DNA of 64,000 nucleotides from contig NC_087437.1 in the NCBI RefSeq assembly GCF_036321535.1, forward strand, positions 53,942,001 through 54,006,000, read 5' to 3'. The DNA is from Camelus dromedarius. Its lineage: Eukaryota. The position numbers and the translations under genes are program-made. The notes under the pieces are model-generated. The model was given only the letters and a program-made list of their open reading frames with translations, was not told the origin of the DNA and ran no database searches. Positions 50,270 to 63,737 of this stretch are shown here, one piece after another; position 1 is the stretch's first letter, and each line of letters opens with the position of its first letter.

Positions 50270-50610
50270 AAGCATTCTTCTCTTCCCCACTGCTCTACCT
50301 TTATTCTTACTTGTGCTTTTTCACCTGGAGTGCTTCTGGCTTTCTCTCCCATTTCGGTGACTGTGAAGGTTCATTCAAGTGTCACCTCAATTTCTTCAGC
50401 CCCAATCTCCCTTTTATACAATCCATATCACTTCTCATTTTATACCTTTCTTGTCCTGTGTCATAGTTATTTGTGTAAATGTTTCCTATCCTGAAATAGC
50501 TTGAAACCTTTCTGAGGGCAGGTGTCATCTGAGTCTAGGCAAAGTATCTCTCACCATGTGTGTACATTGTCTTGCACCTAGCAGGTGCTTGGCAAATAAG
50601 TGAATTGAAG
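50270..50610 (+). mobile_element. L2 3' fragment
   Basis: 'ttctgagggcagg...gcacctagcaggtgcttggcaaataagtgaattgaa'. Confidence 0.65.
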
Positions 50611-51044
50611 AATCCATAGACAGGTTTGACTAATTAAAATTTTTCATCAAATTGCCTATTGGTTTTGTCATTGCATAGGCAATCCCTAGGATATTTTTAT
50701 ATCCTTTATTTCCCCAAATATTTGCTACAGTAAAGTGTGTAAGTGTAGTTGGAAATAAAACCACTTTCCCCAATAGGATACTAAAATCCAAGCAAAAGTA
50801 GAAAAGCTCTTAGAGGAGGAGAGAATCTAGGAAGTATAATGCGTGGTGGCAACATTCAAAGTGAAGCTGTTCTTGTTAACAGCATGGCTAACAATTCCCT
50901 AACTTCTTCAAGGTTAATTGTGGGATTTTGAGGTCATGGGATTGTTTTGCTTCTGTTGCGTGTCCAGTGAAAGAGTATCTGCTAACTGAGAATGGTGGGC
51001 ATGATTCTATATTTTTAATTTTATTTTTTTTAAAAGGTATGGCT

Positions 51045-51232
51045 ACATTCTTTTTTCTCTATTCCCCAATTTTCTCCCTTCATCTCTCTCACCCTCTCAT
51101 TCCTGTTCCATATCCCCTAATTCCCTTCCTCCCTCTATCTCCCTACTTTTTCATTCCCTTCCTCTTTATCTCCTCCTTCCCTCTCCCATTTATCCCTTCT
51201 TCCCTTCCCCCTACACCTGCTCCCTCCCATGT
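51045..51232. repeat. CT-rich low-complexity tract
   Basis: Direct reading. Confidence 0.85.
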
Positions 51233-51894
51233 CATTTATTTTAAAATGTAGTACACTGAAAAGTTACCTATATGAGTCTGAAACCCGAACTTAGATCTTT
51301 CCCCTGGGTAGGAGAGAAAGCAGAGAGTAGGGTAGATAATGGAGTCAATTCGGAAGGTGTGGCACAGAAAGCATGGTGACAAGCGACAAGGGGGCATCCA
51401 GGCAGAAATTGGCATCAAAGACATCTACCATGAGATTAGAGATTACCCCAAAGGTTGGCTTGGGCATGGGGGCAGGCAATGATTGGAAACCTGGGAAGGT
51501 TCTGGACTCCGGGAGGCATCTGTAAGGGGGGTGGCAGAGGCTCAGTCATTTGTTTAGGGTTTGCCATCAAAGCTCTGAGGCTTGCAGGTCTGGTTCCTGG
51601 GGAAATTATCCAGGTAGAGCCTCTTCCTGCCATAAGGGAACAGAACATGAGAAGAGAAAGTTCCCCAAAATGAAATCAATAAAATATCTTGGTCACAGGA
51701 GCAAGGGAAGAGTCAAATTCCCAAAGCAGCCCACCCATGGGCAGAGCAGAACAAGCCTGGGCTGCTGCCCCAGTTCCTCCTTAAAACAGAAAGGAACAGG
51801 GCTGGTTCTAGAAACTAGAGAAGGGATTAGCCTCCATGTAAGAGTCCAGTAGCTGTGGGTCATTCCACCATCAACTAGAAGTAGAGGTGGTGTT

Positions 51895-52140
51895 CTCAGT
51901 GGTTATGACTGTAGATTCCCACTGGGTCTGCCTAGGTTTAAATACAAGTATACCACTTAGGAGGTGAGAGACCTTGGAAAAGCAACTTAACTTCTCTTTG
52001 CCTCAGTTTTTTTAATCTGTAAAGTGGAAGAAAACAGTATCAATGTCATGAGGCTGTTATGAGTATTAAATGAATCTTTATCTACAAAAGGATTAGAATA
52101 ATACCTAGAACATAGTGTTTGTTATAAACGAATGAATGAG
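51895..52140 (+). mobile_element. MIR SINE
   Basis: 'cagtggttatga...gcctaggtttaaat...cttaacttctctttgcctcagttttttt...atctgtaaagtgg...gttatgagtattaaatga'. Confidence 0.9.
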
Positions 52141-52479
52141 TAAGATAACTTTTCTCCAGGTTCATATATTTTCAACCGGAAGACTGCTTAAGGTCCTTCT
52201 ATTTACCCAAATAAACTGAATTACAATGAACAGAATCATTAATTTTTCAGGGCAACTTATCCACTTTTCATTCACCTAGCTTAGACCACATGAACATGGC
52301 CCCAAATTGAACCAGCACAGTGAAAACTGGATATGAAGGGTGCTGTAACCTGTGCTTCGTATTTCAGGAAATACACCAGTATTGTTTTCATCACTTTGAC
52401 TTGAAACCCCGGCCTCATTGTACCCCCTCAACCTCCTTCTCTCCCCTCAGTATCCCAGGAGGAAGCACAGCAACAGCTA

Positions 52480-52715
52480 GGATGACAGGCTGTAGAGTTA
52501 GAAACGACTGGATTTAAACTGACCTATTCCAGGTCAATCCTTCCTTTTTGCAGTTTGGCAAAAATGCCTATCCTTTCTGAGCTTTAATTTTCTCATTTGG
52601 ATCTAAGAATAATAATTCCCATATCATATCATTGTTGTGAGGATTAGATGAGATTTTGCATGCAAAAGGCTTAGCACAGTGCCTACTCACAGTAAAGGGT
52701 TAAAACCTTTTTAGC
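52480..52715 (+). mobile_element. MIR SINE
   Basis: 'gttgtgaggattagatgagatt...ggcttagcacagtgcct...cagtaa'. Confidence 0.85.
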
Positions 52716-54596
52716 CTAAAACCAACGATCATAATCCAGTTGAGTCTATCTTTTTCAAGTGTCTCTGTCCCCTTTGCCCCATCCTTCCATTACCCTAGAA
52801 TCTCTGCCAGGAGTTTATATGTATATCTCCCTATTGGGCTATGAGCTCCTTGTGTAGAGACAGGGTTTTGATTATCTTCACTTTCTATCCCATCTTATCT
52901 TGAATGTTCATAACAAGTATTCAGTAAATATCTGTTGAATAGATACTGCAGAACTTGATTTTCTTCCTATATTTGGTGTAATAGATAAAAGAAATAAGGC
53001 TAAAGCCTCAAGGTTCTTGAGTGTTGTGATAATGCCTTCTGGACATCTGATGCATAGTAAATGGTTCGGTAGCTTAGTCAGTCAATCCGAGTCACTCACA
53101 CAAGGACCCCAAGCTAATAGTGAGTCTATTATCTGGGAGTCTGAAAGCCTTTTTACAGAAAAGTCCAATTAGCAATTCTGTTTGGAGACTGAATGACACT
53201 CTTCTTAGACAATAGATAGCAGTATTTGTCTGCAGGGGACAGAAGAGGGTAAGGAGCTGAGAACTGGAAAGAAAAAATAAAACCACAAAAGAAAACTCCC
53301 AGCTTCACATTTATTAGTGTATGTATTTGTGTCATTACTTACCACATTTTCAAAGACAGCACCAATTAAGGCTGGCAGTTTAATTGACAGCAGATAATAG
53401 GCACCATATTGTTATTCAGTTATGTCTCATTGATCTTGCTATTTGATCCCCCTTTTCTCCCCAGTGCTGTCAGTAATTTGCCAGTTTCATACTGACAATG
53501 TAAACTGCTCAAACTCCTATGAGAGACACTCTGGGGAGGGAAGGATATGACATCGTGGCCTAAACTGATACTGTTTAAAAAAATACAACAGTTTTTAAGT
53601 GATAACCAGGAACAGTACAGTCCATAAAATAAGCCATCACTGCTCCTGAGGCAGAGCTGGATACAAAAGTGGTGGTGTTCAAAAGAGGGAATTATGATAG
53701 CTTTGATTTTTCTAAGCAAGCCCATCTGTTTAATCTAACTCGTTGGTTCACCCGGTTTGTGTTAATAGTACACGCAGAAATCAAAGAGACATCTCATATA
53801 GGCGGCCTTATTCATGAGAACATAAAGACAGTTCTTTTCAAAATGAATGTTCTTTTCAGCTTTTCCAGTGCTTGAAATTCCACCACTGTGGTCAATCTCT
53901 ATAGTCTTTCTGATTATAAAAAGTAAACTTTAACCAAGAATATGGCAAGTTTTAAAAAATGAAGCTAAGTCCACTATTACTTAGGAGAGAGTAGGTTAAA
54001 GGAGGTATGAGAATGAGGTTATGGGTCTTAGAAGCTGGAGAAAGATGGAGTTCTCTCAGCTCAGGTTAACAGCCTAACATCAGTGACTGGGAAAGAGAGG
54101 TGGAAAAATTACAGAGTTTTCATCATTTCTCTCCAAGACCACTGCAAAACCTTTTACATTGCTCTGTTCCAAACAAACTTCTACATTTTGTAAACTATTC
54201 TTCTAGTATTTAGTCTGATCATGTCAAACATGTGCTTTAAAATCTTTTATTGGGTCTCACTTTACCCTCAAATTAGCTGCACATTCTTTAAGTTGAACTT
54301 TTCTCTCTTAAAAGCTTCATCCTCCATGCCATGTTTTTCCAAAGTTCTGAGTTTTGGTCACTGTGCCTCTTTCCATAAGGAATTTTCTTCCCTGTCTTTG
54401 CATTCTCCCAAGCATTCTTCAGGGCTCAGGTTAAAAGCCAATCTTTCAGTAATGCTTTGGACTCACTCAGCCAGAATTAATCACTCTTTCCTATGCAACC
54501 ACACAGAACCCAGTTCATACTTTGTGACTGTCTTGTTGAAATAACGATGGTTGTCTGTCTCCTTGTTTATGTTAGATTGTGAAGGTAGTGGCTTTA

Positions 54597-54991
54597 TGTT
54601 GCAGAGGCAATGCTATGTTTGCAGGAAATCATTTTGTTTCCCTTGTGAACACAAAGAGGGACAAATTACAATATGTCTAGATGTGTCTTGAAGCAACATA
54701 TGGCCAATGAAATATGGGTGAAAGTGATGTAAACCACTGCCTACTGACCCCTAACATTTAATTTGTGATTTGCATTTTTTTTTCTCTTGCCAATTGCTCA
54801 GCTACAAGTTGAGGACTCCAAGAACCTACTGGATGGAAGGATCCTGGGTCTCTGAATTTCCACCTGGAGGAAATCCATCTTACTGAACACTGGCACCAGA
54901 TTTCCCCTGAGCAGGAAATAAACCTTTATTGTGTTAAGACACTGGAACTTAGGGTGTTACAGCAACTAGTCTTACTTATCCTGACTAATAT
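54597..54991 (+). mobile_element. MLT1J-like MaLR LTR, inside an L2 3' fragment (~54220-54595)
   Basis: 'tggccaatgaaatatgggtgaaagtgatg', 'gatggaaggatcctgggtctctgaat', 'gaaataaacctttattgtgttaagacactg...gttacagcaactag...cctgactaata'. Confidence 0.85.
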
Positions 54992-55464
54992 TGGGTCTTG
55001 TTCTGCTTTATGATGCCTTCTGTCTCATTGTGATTTACAGTTGTCCACTCCTCTTGGTCTACCAAATCCAGTTCTGGTCTTACTTTCTTTCCATTTCGAC
55101 TGGATCCTTGGTCAATCATTTAATAATATTATTGTCATCACCCTAGAATCCTCTTCTGATGTTTTACTTTATTAGTAAAGTTACACTTGTAATAGTAGTA
55201 GCAGTAGGGGTTGTTGATGCTCTTTAGGAGTATGTGATGTTTTACAGATTTAATATTTTTGCCCTCATTGTCTTACTTTGATTTTTGTCTCTTGTGCTTA
55301 ATTCAAAATGCTTCCTACCTGCTATCTGAACTGATACCACAGAGAAAGGCACCAAAATCTAGTCTCTGGCTCTTAAACAAATTAATGTTGTTTCCCCACT
55401 GCTGCTGAGCATACTTACCCATCTCTTATACTCTAAGTCTCCATATACAGCTTTTTAAAATGTT

Positions 55465-55876
55465 TGTTAAGACTTTATTTTTTTTTTTGAGTATTTTATG
55501 TTCACAGCAAAACTGAGAGGAAAGTACAAAGATTTCCCATTTATCTCCTCCCCTACACGTGCCTCCCCCATCAGAGTGGTACATTTGCTATAACTGATCA
55601 TAATCACTCAAAGTCCGTAACTTATATTAGGGTTCACTCTGGGTGCTGTACATTTTATGGGTTTGAATAGGTGTATAGTGACATGTACCCTCCATTATAA
55701 TTTCATATAGAATATTTTCACTGCCATAAAAATGCTCTGTGTTCTGCTTATTCATCTCTCTACTCCCCCAGCCTCTGGGAACCATTGATTTTTAAACTGT
55801 TTCCATAGTTTTGCCTTTTCCAGAATGTCACATAGTTAGAATCACACAGCCTTTTCAGATTGACTTCTTTCACTCT
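55465..55876 (-). mobile_element. L1MC1-like 3'UTR
   Basis: 'tagggttcactct', 'tccatagttttgccttttccagaatgtca' are the reverse complement of motifs at 47680-47890. Confidence 0.9.
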
Positions 55877-56059
55877 TCATAGCTTTTATCCAAACTTGTT
55901 CTACTCTTTACAAAACCTCACCCCTTATTTCCAAGATTAATCCCTCCCCTGTGTACTTGATCCCCACTTCAATAGCTATTTTTTTCTCTCATTTCTTGCA
56001 GAAGGCCATGGGGTCAAAAAACATTGTCTTATCTCTCACTCTGCTTCTTTAATTGTAGT

Positions 56060-56450
56060 GCCTCAATACTGACTACATTCCAGAGTTACCAAGATTCCCA
56101 GCTCCCCAAATAGAGCCCATATACTTTTACATGATGTTATCTTTTTCTGAAATGCCTATTCCCCCCCTTACCAACCTAGGAAACTCTTGTTTATTTTTCA
56201 AGAAGCAGATCAAATATCACCCCCTTTAGGGAGTCTTCTCTACTCTTCCCAAGCAGACATAGTGGCTCCCTCCTCTGTGCTCCTGTAGCACCTCAACTTT
56301 CACTGTATTATATCTCACTGTATCATTAGTATCTCTTTGCAGGCCTGTCTACCCCCCGAGACTGTTAGCATTTCTGAGGGTAGGACATGTCTGATGGCTT
56401 TCTTTATTTTCAGCATTGGGAACAATGCCTTACACAAGCAGTTCTTTAAG
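56060..56450 (+). mobile_element. L2 3' region
   Basis: 'tcaaatatcacccc...gactgttagcatttctgagggtaggacatgtctg...aacaatgccttacacaagcag'. Confidence 0.75.
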
Positions 56451-56574
56451 TAAGGAAAGCAGGCAATTGGCTCAGGCAAACTAAGCATTAATAGCTTAAG
56501 ACCCAGAGTAAATGAGGTTGGAGTGAAGAGAAAGGAGTTTCTCCTTGTATGGGACAGTAAGTTTGGCTTGATTC

Positions 56575-57071
56575 TGTAATAACACATTATAAACTTAACC
56601 TGGCTGAGAGTTCTGTTCTTTTAGGTGATGGTCTGTCAGGTGTGGCCACAAGAGGGGACATAGGAGAGACACAGGATAACAAAGCTTATTATACTCACAG
56701 GCCCTGGAGAGACAGAGTCACCACCGCACACCATAAAGGGCCACACGGAAGGAGGAAAGCTGAGACAGAGGAACAGCTCAACCAAGGAGGTGGGGAGCCA
56801 AGAAAGAGTGAGGATCCGTGGGTAAGCACCTTTACTGGGCGTCAGGATGGAATACACAAGAAAAGGTGCAAGGGGACTTCAGTGATGCGTTTGTCACTAG
56901 ATTACAGTCAGGGGATGGCAGGAAGGGGAACTTGTGGCAGGGGCCCACCTATCACAATGGTGCACCTGGTCACCTAGGGGGAGTACTCACAGCCTATTTT
57001 CAGGGATGCTGGGGCAGCAAGAAAGAAAAGGGAAAAAAAAATAGTGTAAAGTTTTAGAAATTTACAATACA
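56575..57071 (-). mobile_element. MER54/MER74-like ERVL solo LTR
   Basis: Minus strand starts 'tgtattgtaaatttctaaaactt...ggctgtgag...ggtgaccaggtgcaccattgtgata...acaagttcccctt'; left boundary approximate. Confidence 0.7.
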
Positions 57072-57119
57072 CTCAGAAAGCAGAACTATAACCAATAGAG
57101 AAAAATCACAAGCAGACAG

Positions 57120-57275
57120 ATGGCCACTCAGGATAAGAAAAGCCTTTCTAGCCAAAAGAGTTGTGCAAACTGGAAGAGGCGACCTTGGAAGGCAGTGATC
57201 CTTATTATTGGAGGTATTCAAGCAGAGGCCAGATGGCTGCCTGTGGACAAGTTGCTGCGTAAATTCATGCAGCAT
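57120..57275 (+). mobile_element. CR1/L3 3' fragment
   Basis: 'aagaaaagcctttctagcca...ggaaggcagtgatcc...tggaggtattcaagcagaggccagatggctgcct'. Confidence 0.7.
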
Positions 57276-57399
57276 ATAGGATCCATGCAGTGTTGTGTGG
57301 AATGTTTATCAGTGCAGACTGAGCCAATGCCCAGTTTGTTTGGGGCAGGCACACACAAGCTGAACAAGCAAATGTCAAACTATATGAATTTTATATGAT

Positions 57400-57670
57400 C
57401 ATTCTCGCCAAAGTCTTTTCTTCTATTTCTACTCCAACACAATATTCTGGATGTAAAAATATTTCTAGAGTCAAATAAGTTTGGGAACTACTTCATACAT
57501 CACCCTACTGGTGATAGAAAGCCATCTTTAAAAAAAAGAAAAAACTCTGAGAATACCTGAAATAAAGACAGCTATGGCACTTGGCTTATTTAAGCATTTC
57601 GCAAAAGTTTTGTTCACAAAAACTTTTTATTGTGTAATATACCTGTGAATATTTCATGGAAGAGTACCAC
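57400..57670. mobile_element. MER103-like hAT-Charlie remnant
   Basis: 'gtcaaataagtttgggaactac...ctctgagaatacctgaaataaaga...agcatttcgcaaa'. Confidence 0.5.
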
Positions 57671-60600
57671 CTAATTCTGCTTTTACCTTGGTAAAAATTT
57701 GCCTCTGGAGAGAGGCAAATACAGCATTTTCTCCTTTGCTGATTTCAAATCACATCAGGTCTGATATATACAGGAAGGCTGAAGGCATAGTGAGGAATTC
57801 TTACACCCAGGGGAAAAAAAAGGTTTTACCAAACTCGTATGGTAATTTTTTCATTTAATAATGATCCCACCCTACAAGATAGGCGTTAGTATTCTTCTTT
57901 TTACATAGGGGGAATGTAGCTAGTAAGAAGATGATGCAGGATTCTAAAACCCATGATATCCCATTTCTCAGCTCAGCTGGCATTGAGCTGGGAGCCCAGA
58001 AATGGAGGAATTCAACAAAGAGACTGTCGAGACTGCTCCTAGCTTGATGGTTGATGGTTCTTGATTTCATTATTTGAGAATTGACAGTCTCCAGAAGCAT
58101 AAATGTCACCTTGATAATAACTATTGGAGCCCATTAAATCCAGAAATTTACTTTTTCATAGTTGCCATGAGAATGAGAATGCAGACAAATATGATCATTA
58201 CTCAATGGCAATATGAAAATCAATAACCCATTACCTCTGTCAGCTGTATCCCCAGACTGGGCCACCTTCTGAAGGAGAGGCTGATGAGCCACCTCCTGGG
58301 TGTGAGTCAGGACCTATATAAATAGATTAGGTCCACAGACACTGGGCCAGGCAGCAAATGATGGTAAATTCTGGATCTTTTTACCATCAAAAATACCCTT
58401 TAATTCTCATATGGGCTCATACTTTGCTACCAAACTATTAATTAAGTAAAAATCAGGTCTTCCCAATTGTTCTCAACAACAGCATGCAGAACTGGCAATT
58501 AGAACTTGGGATCAGCATCTGCCTAGATAGTGTAACAGTGTTAATTTGATGCAGCGCCAGTCAAAGGCAAAGAAATTTGATATTTCAGACGGCTTTTGCC
58601 TTCTCATTACAAGTAAATGCACAGCTTCTCTGCGGTTATTTAAAATACAGAAAATACTTTGAGATTATGGGCTGAAGGATATTTTAAACCTTTTTTACAT
58701 ATATTGAGCATAGACTTATTTGTATGATTACATTGTTCTGTAATTGAAAGAATTAATAAAGTAAATAATAATCAAAAAGGACAATGGCCTAAGAACCCTA
58801 TTATAGCTTTCATGGTCTTGTAAGGGTCTAAAAACTTATGTAGGAAACTAGCCTAGATGTATCTCGAAGGATCCTTATGACTCAAAAACACCAAGAAAAA
58901 AATCCTATGGCTTTATGTTTTGTTTTGTTTTCGGGGAGAAATAATTGCCCCCCAGCCAGTCTGATCTCCATTAGCTGTTACAACAATTCTTCAAGGCCCT
59001 TTAATACTCCTGCTAATGAGGCATCCTCAGGTCCTTGCATTAGGTTCATTCAGTGTCTTGCTGGGAAGGCAGAGTGGTAACAAAATTAAGAAAAAAAACA
59101 ACTTCTCATTTCCATATCACAAATCACAGCCAGAAGCAAAAAAAGGGGAGGGGGGGATCCCTAAAAACTCCACATCCTGCTACCTAAGCATTTAAGTAAT
59201 TGGTTTCATGATGATTGGCCGCCAGACTTGTAAACAGCTACAAAGGTCTTAATATTTATTTTATGACAGATTTCCAAACTCATTGCAAATAGCCTACAGT
59301 TTGGCCATTAATTAGGGATCCTTTATCTATTTATTTTCTTTGATTGGAGAAGGTGTTAGGGAATAGGAAAACAGAGAAACTAACTTTATCATCCTCCTTC
59401 CACTAAGTTCTCCTTAATGTTCTCTATAATAAAAGAAAAAAATCTCCGGGACTGGGTGTCTTTACATCAGCCCCTTCCTTGCAAAACTCTCACTTAAAAT
59501 GCTACTTTTCACTGCTTCTTTTAATGACCAAATTATTTTGATTTTATTAGTTTGGCTTCTTTCTAACTTCCTCTAATGGATGAGTTAACACATGACTCAC
59601 ACTTATAGTTATTTATTTTGATGTTTGGGGATGCAAAGTGCTTTTAAAAAATTCCATCTATATAACCATTTGGACCACTTTGCATTGAAGGTCACATTTT
59701 ATTACTCATAAGAGAAAGCTGCTAGAAACCAGTAATACTGGTAAATTGATAGCACTTTTGCCTTCCTAGGCATCTAGAGGACACTGGGTGGAAGAGCTGC
59801 ATCTTCTGCTTAAATTATTCCCAGGGAGAAAGTGAGGTGCCTGGTAGTGCAGCTGGGCATTTGGGTCACAGTTTGCTTTACCCAGAGCAGTATGATAGAC
59901 CAAATGAGTTCCTAAAGATATGATATTAAGAATAACTGAAAACATATACTCATTAAGGACAAGGGTAGGAAAGTTGGAAAGAAATTCAATTTGAGCTTTT
60001 AAAGACACATATTACGTGCCAAACTTGGTGCTTGGTGCTAGGGACAAACAGATAAATATCCACCCATGTAAATTCAGAATTTAGCAGCAGACTCTATATA
60101 AACAGCAGATGATATATACATAAATGTAGCCTTAAAGAAGTCAGTTCTAGTTTTGCATAAGATGAAGTAAGCACACATCTCTGTCTCTCTCATTGAAAGT
60201 AACTAACACACTAGACAACATGCCTGCAGCATCTATCTGAGGACTCTGAGCAGTAGATGCCAGCAAGCAGTTTGGGGAACTAGAGCACCACTGACTGACA
60301 GTGCCTTTATAGCCCCAAACCCAGGAGTGCATGCCAGGTGCAAACAGAAAGAGCTCTTAGTGAACCCCTCTCTTTCTGACCCAAGGAGCCCCTGAAAGAC
60401 AGAGGGAATGTGTAAATTCCCTTCGGTGTTGTAGTTGACGTTTGTTTTGTCGATTTCCCCAGCCCTAAGGCAAAACCATGGTGGCAGCAGGGGCAGTAAT
60501 AGCTGTACCAAGAGCAGAAATGACGGCAGTGTTAGTAAAGCAGACGCCTAAAACTCTGAGCCAAAAGCATGGGAGGAAATCCCATGGCTTTCTTTCCCCG

Positions 60601-61423
60601 TCTCAATCCTCTCACCACTTGACCTGGGAGTCTGTAGCAAAAAGTACACAGCAGGGTAGGTAATAGCCTCAGCTTTCTAGCCGGAAGACAAGGAAGGGGG
60701 ATCCTCAGAGCTGGAAAATTCCCAGGAGATTGTGCTTCAGGGGAAGCCAACAGGGGAAGTAACACCATAAAGTTCTGTATCAACTCCTGGGCATACCCTG
60801 AACCTTCACATGCATGCATACCACAGGCTTTGAGAACTGACCTACAATGTGGAGCACTGCCCAAGTTGTATATTGGTCACTGGATGGCACACAGCAGGGC
60901 AGACACAAACAGCATTGCAATGGCTTTGGAAACTGAATTGACATCTGAACCACAGGCCTCTGAAAGTCAACTTGAACTTGTGGCCCAAACCCAACTCAAT
61001 CAATTGCCTGCTTTAAAAAAACAAAACGAAATCAACATTTGATATTTTCCATAGGACATAAGGCCAAGAGTCTTCAAATAATACTCAACATGTCTAGGAC
61101 ACAACCTATAAGTACTCAACATTGAAGGACCAGGAAATTTTCAACAACTCGCAAGGAAAAAAGACATTCAACAGATGCTAACCTGAAATGACACAAACGC
61201 TGGAATTACCATACATTAACCATGCTCCAAGAAGTGAGAGTGATCACTCTTGAAATAAATGGAGAGGGAAAGCTGCAGCAGAGAAATAGAAGACATTAAA
61301 AAGAACCAAATGGAAGTTTTAGAACTAAAACATACGATAACCAAATAAAAAGTGCACTGGGTGTGTTCAATAGCAGAATAGAGATGACAGAGGAAAAGTC
61401 ACTGAACTTTAAGATAGATTAAT

Positions 61424-61945
61424 GATTTGACAGAGGACTGGATAAAGAAGTTGTGGTATATTTATACAAAGGAATATTATTCAGCCATAAAAAATAATAA
61501 AATAATGCCATTTATAGCAACCTGGATGGACCTGGAGATCATCACTCTAAATGAGGTAAGCCAGAAAGAGAAAGAAAACTACCACATGATATCACTCATA
61601 CGTGGAATCTAAAAAAAGAAAAAAGAAGACACCAATGAACTCACCTACAAAACAGAAACAGCCTCAAAGACATAGTAAACAATCTTATGGTTACCAGGGG
61701 AAAGGAGGTGGGAAGGGACAAATTTGGGAGTTGGAGATTTGCAAATATTAACTACTATATATAAAAAAAGAAAAAAAACAAATTTCTTCTATATAGCACA
61801 GGGAACTATATTCAGTATCTTGTAATAACCTTTAATGGAAAAGAATATGAAAGTGAATATATGTATGTATATGTATGACTGGCACATTATGTTGTACACC
61901 AGAGATTGACACATTGTAACTGATTGTACTTCAATTAAAAAAAAA
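61424..61945 (+). mobile_element. Younger 5'-truncated L1 (ORF2 C-terminus, 3'UTR, polyA), cetartiodactyl-type
   Basis: ORF 61427-61612 'WIKKLWYIYTKEYYSAIK...MISLIRGI*' is the L1 ORF2 C-terminus; TSD aagatagattaat (61411-23) / aagataggtcaat (61946-58), 11/13 match, at a TT|AAGA site. Confidence 0.95.
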
Positions 61946-62161
61946 AAGATAGGTCAATAGAAATAGTCCAATCTGAACAACAGAAGGTAAAAGGTTAAAA
62001 AAAAAAAAAAAACAGATCCTCTGATACCTCTGTGACAATACCAAAAGTTCTAATAATCATATTATCATAGTCCCAGAAGGAGAGAAGATGGAGTATGACA
62101 CAGACAAAATTTTTGAAGAAATAACGTTGAAAAGTTTAAAGCATTGGCAAGAATATATCTG

Positions 62162-62211
<50 letters not shown>

Positions 62212-62230
62212 GACAGACAGACAGACAGAT
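62162..62230. repeat. (GATA)n(GACA)n compound microsatellite
   Basis: Direct reading. Confidence 0.97.
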
Positions 62231-62499
62231 CGATCAATTTAATGATACCCCAAAGCATACTGAATCCTAACATAAATTCAAATGATGCCCAGGTACATCA
62301 TAATAAAGTTGCTGAAAACAACTGGAGAAGAAGCAATACACTACAAATAGGGGGCCAAAAATTTGGAAATTGGAGTTTCACATTCAAACAGGGAAAATCA
62401 GTTCAAACAGTGATACAACATGTACAACAGATTGCCCATCAGAAACAATGGAGGACATAATGCAGTAGAATTACATTTTTAAATTCCAAAAGAAATTTA

Positions 62500-63060
62500 C
62501 TGTGAAGCCATCCTTTCACATTATACTATGAACATTTTCCTGTATCATTCAATACTCTTTAAGCAGTATGATTTGAAGTAACATAAAACTTTGTTTTTAA
62601 TATTTTATGTAATCATTTTCCTATTGGTGAAAATTTGTCTTATTTCCAAACTTTTGCTCTTAAGTAGTACTGTGATAAACACTGTACATAAATTATTATA
62701 CTTGCCTCTATATTCCCATTATAAATTATATAGTTGTTGGATCTAAGGATATAGTTAACTGTTAGGCACTTGATATGAATTGTCAAATTGCCCTAAAGAA
62801 AGGATTTAATTAAATTATTGCTAGCACTGTATGAGAGTGTCTGAGTATTACTAATTTTTGAAATTCTCAATAGAAAAACTGAAAGGAGCATCCTATGGTT
62901 TCATATTTAAACGGTTTCATTTTTAAATTATGTTAAATATTTTTCAAATGTTTTCCAGTCACTTGGACTTCTTTTCTTATGAATTGTTTATTCATAACAT
63001 TTGGCATTTGACTTTATTAATTGATTTTCTTACTGATTTTTATGAGCTCATATTCTGAAT
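62500..63060 (-). mobile_element. Old L1ME-type ORF2/3' fragment
   Basis: 'tttcctattggtga...tttccaaacttttgct...gtcaaattgccct...tttcttatgaattgtttattcata'. Confidence 0.7.
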
Positions 63061-63267
63061 CAGTAGTGTGACCAAGAGCCAAGACAACCAACCCAACAAC
63101 TCCCTTCCACAGTGTGCATTGTTTTAACTGGGTCATTTTTTTCCCTCCCTACTTAACAACTCTTTCTCTGTAGGGTATATACTTCCAAAGATAACATCAG
63201 CCATTCCCAACCCTCAACTCCTCCTCTGCCCCACCAGTCTATGCCATATGCTTAAACATTGCTAAAA

Positions 63268-63268
63268 T

Positions 63269-63330
<62 letters not shown>
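63268..63330. repeat. (TG)n(AG)n compound microsatellite
   Basis: Direct reading. Confidence 0.97.
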
Positions 63331-63336
<6 letters not shown>

Positions 63337-63646
63337 GCTCTCTCCACTTCCTAAATACATTACATAAATGGTTCTTACAAGACTTTACTATCAAAATACA
63401 ACAGCAATGGTGCATTATGTCTTTCCATTCTTTTTTAGGAGGAATCTGCCTCATGAGGATATAACCCAAGAGCCTGAGTATGCAGCTGAAAAAAATCATA
63501 GAATGATAATATTACCTCATTTTTTAGGGCTTTGTGTTTGCCTTTTTCTGTGCATTACAAAGATTTTGGGGTGCTGTCAGATTTTATACTGGGATTTCAG
63601 AAATTGGTTTATGTAGGTTTTTTTGAGAGGGGGGGATGGTACTTTG

Positions 63647-63733
63647 TTTCCTCCCTCCCTTCCTCCCTCCATCCCTTCCCTACCTTCTCTTCCTTCCCTT
63701 CCCTCCCTCTCACCCTCCTTCCTTCCTTCCTTC
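63647..63733. repeat. (TCCC/TTCC)n pyrimidine tract
   Basis: Direct reading. Confidence 0.93.
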
Positions 63734-63737
63734 ACTT

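Larger units (their letters stand above)
60145..62490 (+). mobile_element. Old L1 (L1MD/L1M4-like) 5'UTR and ORF1 remnant, interrupted by a younger L1, a (GATA)n and a 55-bp insert
   Basis: ORF1 landmarks 'aagaaccaaatggaagttttagaactaaaa', 'gttcaatagcagaatagagatgacagagg', 'gtcccagaaggagagaag', 'catcagaaacaatggagg'. Confidence 0.85.

Noticed and set aside
47600..55876. Inverted pair of L1MC 3'UTRs
   Set aside because: Independent insertions of a common old family; ordinary and diverged
61427..61612. 61-aa ORF with clear protein-like sequence
   Set aside because: C-terminus of L1 ORF2 in a 5'-truncated copy; not a host gene
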